A stretch of DNA of 32,566 nucleotides from a virus. A model generated the notes under the pieces. It saw only the letters and a list, made by a program, of their open reading frames with translations. It did no database searches and was not told where the DNA came from. The translations under genes were made by a program, and so were the position numbers. Below are positions 18,113 to 25,224 of the stretch, in pieces (the first letter of the stretch is position 1; every line of letters begins with the position of its first letter). The stretch lies in UHGV virus genome UHGV-0085244. One strand, given 5' to 3'.

Positions 18113-18946
18113 TCAGCAATTGGTCAGAGTGTCAGCGGGGGCGTTACCGCCTGTTGCACGCTGGCGGTAGTCCTGGCGGCTGTCTTCATGACTCAGCTTG
18201 TCCACCAGTTCGTTAAAGGCGGTTTGCTGTGCCTGCAGGGCAGTCTCCAGCTCAGACAGGCGTTCTTCCTGCTCAGACAGGGATTTTTCGGTGCGTGCGT
18301 TCAGGTTCTGCTGCTCAGTGGCGACCAGCTCCACGGCCTTATGCACATCAGAGAACCGGGCGTCATCGGACTGCTCTTTTTTGGTAAACAGCGCCGTGAC
18401 GCGGGCAAACAGGGACGGTTTGTCGTCCTGGATTTCTTCCAGTTCGATCACCGTTTCCTCTGCAGCGGTAAAGAGATTGGCAGGATTCTGCTTGCGGTTT
18501 GCCAGCGGGTTATGGGCTGCACTGGCGCTGAATGTCAGCATTTCCGTACCCAGACTGGCAGGGTCATCAGTGGCAGCCAGGCCGACCAGGTAGGCTTTGC
18601 CCGTATCAGCGAACTTCGGGCTGACTTCCATAGAGGTGAATAATTTCTGGCCTTTTTTCACCAGTTCCACCAGGGACTCCGTTGGCTCAACGTCGGCATA
18701 CAGCGCCATCTTGCCTGCCAGCGGACCTTCCGTGATTTCTTCAGCAAACAGCGCCGTCACCTTGCCGTAGCGGTTAAAGGTGCTGTCCGGTAGATAAGAC
18801 TTGATGTGCTCAAGGTTAATCAGCGCGGTATACACCGCCGGGTTGTAGCTGGCTGCCATCTGTTCCAGCCATTCACGCTGGATTTCGCGTCCGTCGGTGG
18901 TGGCACCTTCCACCCCGATGCGAAAACGCTTTGCTTTCACTGTCAT
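18113..18946 (-). CDS. O: Capsid scaffolding protein O
   Basis: 277-aa ORF, acidic with coiled-coil C-terminal half; P2 gpO position. Confidence 0.85.
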   Translation of the reverse strand: MTVKAKRFRIGVEGATTDGREIQREWLEQMAASYNPAVYTALINLEHIKSYLPDSTFNRYGKVTALFAEEITEGPLAGKMALYADVEPTESLVELVKKGQKLFTSMEVSPKFADTGKAYLVGLAATDDPASLGTEMLTFSASAAHNPLANRKQNPANLFTAAEETVIELEEIQDDKPSLFARVTALFTKKEQSDDARFSDVHKAVELVATEQQNLNARTEKSLSEQEERLSELETALQAQQTAFNELVDKLSHEDSRQDYRQRATGGNAPADTLTNC

Positions 18947-19024
18947 GAGCCGTGCTCCATTAGAAAAAACTTACTGGAGCCTTATGGTTGCGGTGATGGG
19001 GGCAGTGAAACAATGCGCGGTATT

Positions 19025-19042
19025 TGTACCGACAACCACACA
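19025..19042. promoter_or_regulatory. Candidate Ogr-binding dyad (TGT-N12-ACA) in the divergent O / P late promoter region
   Basis: TGTACCGACAACCACACA in the 142-bp O-P intergenic region. Confidence 0.55.
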
Positions 19043-19088
19043 AACCGCAGGCGGGGAAAGCCTTCATTCAAGGCTGTAGGTTTGTGCC

Positions 19089-20855
19089 ATGAACACCACA
19101 CTGACACCCGCAGATCTCGATCCCCGTCGGCAGGCCATGCTGCTGTACTTTCAGGGATACCGCGTAGCCCGCATTGCTGAAATGCTGGGCGAGAAAGTTG
19201 CAACCGTTCACAGCTGGAAAAAACGCGACAAGTGGGGTGACTATGGGCCGCTGGATCAGATGCAGCTCACCACCGCCGCACGCTACTGCCAGCTCATTAT
19301 GAAGGAGCACAAAGAAGGGAAAGATTTCAAAGAGATTGACCTGCTGGCGCGCCAGTCGGAGCGCCACGCGCGGATCAGCAAGTTTAACAATGGCGGCAAC
19401 GAAGCCGACTTAAACCCTAACGTCGCCAACCGCAACAAAGGCCCGCGCCGTCAGCCGGAAAAGAATGTTTTCACCGATGAGCAGATTGAGAAGCTGGAAG
19501 AAATCTTCCATTCCTCCATGTTCAACTACCAGCGCCACTGGTGGGAAGCCGGAAAAGCCAACCGCATCCGCAACCTGCTGAAGTCACGCCAGATCGGCGC
19601 GACCTTTTACTTTGCCCGTGAAGCCCTGATTGACGCCCTGCTTACCGGACGTAACCAGATTTTCCTTTCCGCCAGTAAGGCACAGGCCCACGTCTTTAAA
19701 CAGTACATCATCGACTTCGCCAAAGAAGTGGAGGTGGAGCTGAAAGGCGATCCGATGGTGCTTCCCAACGGGGCCACTCTTTACTTCCTCGGCACCAATG
19801 CCCGCACGGCCCAGAGTTACCACGGCAACCTGTATCTGGATGAATATTTCTGGATACCGAAATTCCAGGAGCTGCGCAAAGTGGCTTCCGGTATGGCTAT
19901 TCACAAAAAATGGCGACAAACCTATTTTTCCACGCCATCCAGCCTGACCCACAGTGCTTATCCGTTCTGGTCCGGTGCACTGTTCAACCGTGGACGCAAC
20001 AAAGCCGACAAGGTGGACATCGACCTGTCCCATAGCAATCTGGCCCCCGGCCTGCTGTGCGCAGACGGGCAATACCGCCAGATAGTCACCGTGGAAGATG
20101 CGGTGCGCGGCGGCTGTAACCTGTTCGACCTTGACCAGTTGCGCATGGAGTACAGCCCGGACGAATACCAGAACCTGCTGATGTGCGAGTTCGTGGACGA
20201 TCTCGCGTCCGTGTTCCCGCTCAGCGAGCTGCAGGCGTGCATGGTGGACAGCTGGGAAGTCTGGACCGACTTTCATGCTCTGGCCCTGCGCCCGTTTGGC
20301 TGGCGCGAAGTGTGGATCGGTTATGACCCGGCAAAAGGTACGCAGAACGGCGACAGCGCCGGATGCGTGGTGGTGGCACCGCCAGCCGTGCCGGGCGGTA
20401 AGTTTCGCATTCTTGAGCGTCACCAGTGGCGCGGGATGGACTTCCGCGCCCAGGCTGACGCAATCAAAAAACTGACCGAGCAGTACAACGTGACCTACAT
20501 CGGCATCGACTCAACCGGCGTTGGTCACGGGGTTTACGAGAACGTGAAAGCGTTCTTTCCTGCCGTCCGGGAGTTTGTCTACAACCCCAACGTTAAAAAC
20601 GCCCTGGTACTCAAGGCCTACGACATTATCAGCCACCGCCGTCTGGAGTTTGACGCCGGACATACCGACATTGCGCAGTCATTTATGGCAATCCGTCGCA
20701 CCACCACCGCCAGTGGCAACCGCCCGACCTATGAAGCCAGCCGCAGCGAAGAAGCCAGCCACGCCGATCTGGCATGGGCAACGATGCACGCACTGTTTAA
20801 CGAACCGCTGCAGGGCGAATCCGCCAATACCAGCAATATTGTGGAGATTTTTTGA
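19089..20855 (+). CDS. P: Terminase large (ATPase) subunit P
   Basis: 588-aa ORF, P2 gpP-like; stop overlaps the Q start (TGATG). Confidence 0.9.
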   Translation: MNTTLTPADLDPRRQAMLLYFQGYRVARIAEMLGEKVATVHSWKKRDKWGDYGPLDQMQLTTAARYCQLIMKEHKEGKDFKEIDLLARQSERHARISKFNNGGNEADLNPNVANRNKGPRRQPEKNVFTDEQIEKLEEIFHSSMFNYQRHWWEAGKANRIRNLLKSRQIGATFYFAREALIDALLTGRNQIFLSASKAQAHVFKQYIIDFAKEVEVELKGDPMVLPNGATLYFLGTNARTAQSYHGNLYLDEYFWIPKFQELRKVASGMAIHKKWRQTYFSTPSSLTHSAYPFWSGALFNRGRNKADKVDIDLSHSNLAPGLLCADGQYRQIVTVEDAVRGGCNLFDLDQLRMEYSPDEYQNLLMCEFVDDLASVFPLSELQACMVDSWEVWTDFHALALRPFGWREVWIGYDPAKGTQNGDSAGCVVVAPPAVPGGKFRILERHQWRGMDFRAQADAIKKLTEQYNVTYIGIDSTGVGHGVYENVKAFFPAVREFVYNPNVKNALVLKAYDIISHRRLEFDAGHTDIAQSFMAIRRTTTASGNRPTYEASRSEEASHADLAWATMHALFNEPLQGESANTSNIVEIF

Positions 20856-21889
20856 TGGGAAAGAGTAAGAAGAACCGAGCTGCGGCGACGAAACAGATCC
20901 AGCTTAAAAGTCAAACTACAGCCGAAGCATTCAGCTTCGGCGATCCCGTTCCTGTTCTGGACCGCCGTGAACTGCTGGACTATGTGGAATGCGTACAGAT
21001 GGACCGTTGGTATGAGCCGCCCGTCAGCTTTGACGGACTGGCGCGCACCTTCCGCGCCGCCGTGCATCACAGTTCCCCGATTGCAGTAAAGTGCAACATT
21101 CTGACCAGTACCTATATCCCTCATCCGCTGCTCAGCCAGCAGGCTTTTTCGCGTTTTGTGCAGGACTATCTGGTATTTGGTAACGCCTACCTGGAGAAAC
21201 GCACGAACCGATTCGGTGAAGTTATCGCCCTTGAGCCTGCCCTGGCAAAATACACCCGACGTGGATTAGACCTGGATACCTACTGGTTTGTACAGTATGG
21301 CATGACCACGCAGCCCTATGAATTTACGCAGGGCAGCATCTTTCATCTGCTGGAGCCGGATATTAACCAGGAGATTTACGGGCTGCCAGGCTATCTCTCC
21401 GCCATCCCGTCAACCCTGCTCAACGAGTCCGCAACGCTGTTTCGCCGGAAGTATTACATCAACGGCAGCCACGCAGGTTTCATTATGTACATGACCGACG
21501 CAGCACAGAACCAGGAGGATGTGAACAATATCCGTCAGGCAATGAAAAGCGCCAAAGGACCGGGTAACTTCCGCAACCTGTTTATGTATTCGCCCAACGG
21601 CAAAAAGGACGGCATCCAGATCATCCCGTTATCAGAGGTTGCGGCGAAAGACGAGTTTCTTAACATCAAGAACGTTAGCCGCGATGACATGATGGCAGCG
21701 CACCGCGTGCCACCGCAGATGATGGGAATTATGCCGAGCAACGTTGGTGGGTTTGGAGACGTGGAAAAAGCTAGTCGAGTATTCGTTCGTAATGAATTGA
21801 TTCCACTTCAAAAAAGATTAATGGAATTAAATGAATGGCTTAATGACGAAATTATTCGTTTTGACGAATATAAATTAGGCGATGCTTGA
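20855..21889 (+). CDS. Q: Portal protein Q
   Basis: Track ORF 20852..21889 begins with TTG; ATG at 20855; P2 gpQ-like. Confidence 0.9.
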   Translation: MGKSKKNRAAATKQIQLKSQTTAEAFSFGDPVPVLDRRELLDYVECVQMDRWYEPPVSFDGLARTFRAAVHHSSPIAVKCNILTSTYIPHPLLSQQAFSRFVQDYLVFGNAYLEKRTNRFGEVIALEPALAKYTRRGLDLDTYWFVQYGMTTQPYEFTQGSIFHLLEPDINQEIYGLPGYLSAIPSTLLNESATLFRRKYYINGSHAGFIMYMTDAAQNQEDVNNIRQAMKSAKGPGNFRNLFMYSPNGKKDGIQIIPLSEVAAKDEFLNIKNVSRDDMMAAHRVPPQMMGIMPSNVGGFGDVEKASRVFVRNELIPLQKRLMELNEWLNDEIIRFDEYKLGDA

Positions 21890-21898
21890 TTAAAGCCT

Positions 21899-21932
21899 GT
21901 TTAAACTGGCTGTCGAAACAGCCAGTTTAAAC
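21899..21932. other. Perfect 15-bp-stem hairpin (4-nt loop) between convergent Q and the cargo operon; possible bidirectional terminator
   Basis: GTTTAAACTGGCTGT-CGAA-ACAGCCAGTTTAAAC; no flanking U-tract on either strand. Confidence 0.5.
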
Positions 21933-22775
21933 ACCGGCACCAATGAAATCGCCATATGAATCTTCTTCAAGGCTGATGTATTCCACCCTCCATTGATCCA
22001 TCCGCCTCAATGCATACAGGGAGAAATGAGTATCGGCAACAGCAATGCACGTATTCAATTCTATAAGCTCTGAATGTCCCAAGATTGGATCACCATAAAA
22101 CTTATAAAACAATGCCTTTAGATCAGAACAGGTTTGTTCAGCCGCCCCTCTGGCATCGGGGCCACCTTCAGTTGCATCATAAACAACATTGATAGAAAGC
22201 TCATATGGTATGCCTTCCTCAAGATCGTTAAATCTTTCTTCGCCCAAATCGAAAAAAACTCCGATCAAATGCTCTGCGTTTGTGGCGATAATGTCCGCAA
22301 CTTCTTTTTCGAAAATAAACTTTTTATCCTCGTCGTAAGCCCGCAAGCGCTCTTCAAACGAGTTAGGAAACGCTGGACGACCATACTTAGCTGCTAACCA
22401 TTGCTTAAGAGCTTGTTTCTCTTCTGTGCTAATGGAGAATGCCGGATCGTTTTCCTCACAACGGAAAGCTTCTTTAGAAATGATGACTTTTCTTTCATGC
22501 CGAAGCTCTACTGCGTTCTTCTTAGCACTTTCTGGGTTTTCAAAGCATAGATCGAGGATTCTCGGATGCTTAGCTCTTTTCATCTTGCTTGACCCCTTTT
22601 TCAAGGGGCCAAACATCAGTTCCACGTTTTTTTCAGAATTACTCTGTAAATCACAATCATGCGTTATAACTACAACTTTATGGTTCGTTTCATCAGGCTT
22701 CAGAAGTCCAAGTGAAACGGCATCATCATGTTTAAGAACATGCCCCTGACGCCATGATGTTCCTCGTACCAACAT
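21927..22775 (-). CDS. Hypothetical protein, third gene of the cargo operon; function unknown
   Basis: 282-aa ORF with ATG start 9 nt after the preceding stop; AT-rich; no P2/186 counterpart recognised. Confidence 0.7.
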   Translation of the reverse strand: MLVRGTSWRQGHVLKHDDAVSLGLLKPDETNHKVVVITHDCDLQSNSEKNVELMFGPLKKGSSKMKRAKHPRILDLCFENPESAKKNAVELRHERKVIISKEAFRCEENDPAFSISTEEKQALKQWLAAKYGRPAFPNSFEERLRAYDEDKKFIFEKEVADIIATNAEHLIGVFFDLGEERFNDLEEGIPYELSINVVYDATEGGPDARGAAEQTCSDLKALFYKFYGDPILGHSELIELNTCIAVADTHFSLYALRRMDQWRVEYISLEEDSYGDFIGAGV

Positions 22776-22784
22776 AAATGTGAT

Positions 22785-23447
22785 TTATTCCTCTACTGTT
22801 CTAGGAATTGAAATAGATGACTTCCAATCATCTGTCGGTTTCGCCTTGCTTGCTAAGTAATTGGTCGATTCAGCAGCTGCATTCATCGCTTTAGCTTCAT
22901 CAATCAGTACCTGAACTGGCTTGTTCCAATCCTCACCTTCTTTTATTAAGTCCATCAATGACCTACCATTGAATGCTTTCATTTTCACCAATAGCTTCGC
23001 ATCATTGAGTCCAGCTTTGGAAAAAGAGTCAGCAACATTACTGAGGTTGGTAATGAATTGGACTTTTGAAGCATCATCAGGCTGGTTCTCCCCTGACAAC
23101 CATTTATAGAGAGCCTGCCGAGTTATCCCCAAATCCTTAGCCAGTTCTGACATTGATGGAGACAGCACTTCTCGAATATTAGCCAAATGTTGGGCAACAT
23201 TCCTGACATCAACCTCAGGAGAAATTGCAGGCGTGTACGTTGACTCTATGGAATCAAATGCAAACTGAACCCTTGGCTGAACATACTGACGCCATTGCTT
23301 ATAAGCATTTACAGGGTATGAAGCCCCCGTACCAACTAATAGTAAAGATGCGGCGACAGCAACAACACCTGATACACATGAGCTTGACTGCGAATCTGGA
23401 GTATACCGATCTACAGAGCCTATGCTTCCAGTAGGAATTGCATACAT
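22785..23447 (-). CDS. XRE-family helix-turn-helix protein with N-terminal hydrophobic segment, second gene of the cargo operon
   Basis: HTH ...NVAQHLANIREVLSPSMSELAKDLGITRQALYKWLSGENQP; start placed at the ATG (MYAIPTG...) after a GGGGGTGA RBS; the track's longer form 22785..23555 would overlap the upstream gene by 89 nt; start uncertain. Confidence 0.65.
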   Translation of the reverse strand: MYAIPTGSIGSVDRYTPDSQSSSCVSGVVAVAASLLLVGTGASYPVNAYKQWRQYVQPRVQFAFDSIESTYTPAISPEVDVRNVAQHLANIREVLSPSMSELAKDLGITRQALYKWLSGENQPDDASKVQFITNLSNVADSFSKAGLNDAKLLVKMKAFNGRSLMDLIKEGEDWNKPVQVLIDEAKAMNAAAESTNYLASKAKPTDDWKSSISIPRTVEE

Positions 23448-23466
23448 TTTAGTCACCCCCGTTGTT

Positions 23467-24276
23467 TCAGTGCCATTTAGCACGGGCAAAATCTGAAACC
23501 ATGCCTTCAAATGCTTCTTTAACTTTACTATGCAACGAAAGAATCTGTTTTTCAATTAACTGCAAATCAGTTGACATGTTGCCTTCAACATAATGATCTG
23601 TATCAATTATTGCGTGCATACGATGTTCTGTATTACTAAATCTCGGCAGCGGCAGTAAACCATTAGGAATCATATCTGGCGGAAAACCTAGCTGACCATT
23701 CATCTTATGTATACGTGAAACCATAAATCCATTAGAGATCAGTGGCTCAACACATGTCTGATATACAGACTCTTGTATGGACTGTATTGGCGTCCATCCA
23801 AAATCAACACCATGAAGTTCCTTTACAAGATACTGCTCAATTGTTTCGCTTTTCTCAGGAAACACAGCATCCAAATATCGAAGCCCAATCCTGCTTACCA
23901 ACGATGGCTTAGCAAATTCAAGAACTTTGCTCAGACCAAGTATTAATGACGAGATGAAAGGTACATGATTATCATAATCTGTTGTATGGAACGTAATGAA
24001 ATCGTTGCCTAAAACAAAACCAGACCTTCTATCTGCATCAATCATCAACCAACTTGTCACAGGCTCAAATGAATGTACCGGTGGCTCATTGGGGTTTTTC
24101 ATTTCAAATTTCAGCTGAGTTGTATTGGAAACTTCAAATAAAGGAAATCCTTCAACTCTTAGCGCATCTTGTATGTCTGGAACATACTTACTCATTGCAG
24201 CTACTGGAGTAAACTTTACTTGCACCAATGCGTAGTAAACGGGCGCATTGGACATACGTTCGCTGTTAGTACTCAT
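23467..24276 (-). CDS. Hypothetical protein, first gene of the cargo operon; function unknown
   Basis: 269-aa ORF with AGGAGG RBS 5 nt before the ATG; N-terminus (SNAPVYYALVQVKF) faintly recalls an uncharacterised TIGR04255-type family, from memory and unverified. Confidence 0.7.
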   Translation of the reverse strand: MSTNSERMSNAPVYYALVQVKFTPVAAMSKYVPDIQDALRVEGFPLFEVSNTTQLKFEMKNPNEPPVHSFEPVTSWLMIDADRRSGFVLGNDFITFHTTDYDNHVPFISSLILGLSKVLEFAKPSLVSRIGLRYLDAVFPEKSETIEQYLVKELHGVDFGWTPIQSIQESVYQTCVEPLISNGFMVSRIHKMNGQLGFPPDMIPNGLLPLPRFSNTEHRMHAIIDTDHYVEGNMSTDLQLIEKQILSLHSKVKEAFEGMVSDFARAKWH

Positions 24277-24416
24277 GCCGCCCTCCTTGAAGTTGTTTCA
24301 TCTCATATCTCTCTATCTCACTAACTGTAGTTTACACATAGGTTGACACTTTCTCCATCATTAAGTTCACTATGACATCAATAGCCAAAACTCTTACATA
24401 ATCGCTTCGGCGCGCG

Positions 24417-24435
24417 CTCGTATCCCCGCCACGCC
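24417..24435 (-). other. Candidate cos site (cohesive-end sequence)
   Basis: Minus strand reads GGCGTGGCGGGGATACGAG; the first 13 nt match the 5' part of the P2/186 cohesive ends as I recall them; orientation is correct for a cos that reads toward Q. Confidence 0.5.
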
Positions 24436-24480
24436 TGCCCGCTTTATGTAGTGGTTTTCATGCACCTGCATGATCTACGC

Positions 24481-24504
24481 AAAAGCCCGCCAGTTCTGGC
24501 GGGC
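24481..24504 (-). terminator. Rho-independent terminator after the DinI-like gene
   Basis: Stem GCCCGCCAG / CTGGCGGGC with a 3-nt loop, followed on the minus strand by TTTT. Confidence 0.6.
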
Positions 24505-24639
24505 CTTAGCAAAAACGATCCTCAAACGATCATGCGATCTCATGCGGCATAGACATGCACTACAGAGCTAACGCCTCGCAAGGGCTCGTTGTTCAACCTT
24601 GCTGACGCCAGAAACAAGTTCAGACGCCAGCAACGTTTC

Positions 24640-24873
24640 TTAATGCAGCCAGCTGTCGTCTTCCCACACCTTCTGCATAATTTTCATCACTTGTTTTCTT
24701 TCTTCGTCCAGTTGCAGTCCGGTCAGTTCCACACCGTTAGAGCTACCTTTGCGGATACGAATTACCGTTTTGGGATACAGGGGGCGCAGATTGCGGTAAA
24801 GCTCGGATTCAAGGGCGTCCAGTGTAGACTGGCTAATCTTCTGCTCTTTATCGATCATTATTTCAATGCGCAT
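24640..24873 (-). CDS. DinI-family protein (Tum-like, possible SOS-dependent antirepressor component)
   Basis: MRIEIMIDKEQKISQSTLDALESELYRNLRPLYPKTVIRIRKGSSNGVELTGL...WEDDSWLH resembles DinI; GAGGTGA RBS before the ATG at 24873 (track ORF 24640..24945). Confidence 0.75.
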   Translation of the reverse strand: MRIEIMIDKEQKISQSTLDALESELYRNLRPLYPKTVIRIRKGSSNGVELTGLQLDEERKQVMKIMQKVWEDDSWLH

Positions 24874-24883
24874 AAAAGTCACC

Positions 24884-25072
24884 TCAGCTGATGACATCCA
24901 TTGAGCGGTTGTATTCATGGGTTCTGATTTTTGCCATGAGTTCATCTGTCAGTTCAGAAACCCACTGCAGGGCCAGCCCCTTCTCTTCATCACTACACTC
25001 ACTAGCCGCTACAAGCTTAAGAAAAAAATCAATGCGCTGGAGCTTCAAAGACTCCAAAAAATAGTCCTGCAT
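24884..25072 (-). CDS. Small hypothetical protein, first gene of the LexA-controlled operon
   Basis: 62-aa ORF with AGGAGG RBS, immediately downstream of the LexA box and ending just before the DinI-like gene RBS. Confidence 0.5.
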   Translation of the reverse strand: MQDYFLESLKLQRIDFFLKLVAASECSDEEKGLALQWVSELTDELMAKIRTHEYNRSMDVIS

Positions 25073-25112
25073 CTTTCCTCCTATGACACCAAAGCAATAC
25101 TGTATACATAAC

Positions 25113-25132
25113 CACTGTTTATATTTACAGTA
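25113..25132. promoter_or_regulatory. LexA operator (SOS box) upstream of the orf62 / DinI-like operon
   Basis: CACTGTTTATATTTACAGTA fits CTGT-N8-ACAG; an adjacent half-site TACTGTATACATAACC at about 25098-25113. Confidence 0.7.
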
Positions 25133-25224
25133 TATAATAATCTTACTGATGTAAAACGTTTTTTTACGTTCATCAGCCTGATATGCCTAGTATTATTAAG
25201 AGCACGAATTGTTAACCCGCGTAA

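Noticed and set aside
19083-19100. Fourth TGT-N12-ACA match (TGTGCCATGAACACCACA)
   Set aside because: It overlaps the P start codon, so it cannot be an upstream activator site; probably coincidental.
19584-20423. 279-aa minus-strand ORF inside the terminase gene P
   Set aside because: Entirely antisense to the well-supported P gene; shadow ORF.
22785-23555. Longer 256-aa form of cargo gene 2
   Set aside because: It would overlap the 3' end of gene 1 by 89 nt and has no RBS; the internal ATG at 23447 with a GGGGGTGA RBS is preferred, though the start remains uncertain.
24589-24891. 100-aa plus-strand ORF
   Set aside because: Antisense to the DinI-like gene, which has a strong RBS and a recognisable family fold.
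25098-25113. Possible second LexA box (TACTGTATACATAACC)
   Set aside because: Only the CTGT half-site is present and the ACAG half is missing; at most an auxiliary half-site.
21890-25224. P2-type old or tin exclusion genes at the A / cos / Q junction
   Set aside because: No protein in this interval has the size or features of Old (about 590 aa, ATPase plus nuclease) or Tin; the cargo here is a different set of genes.
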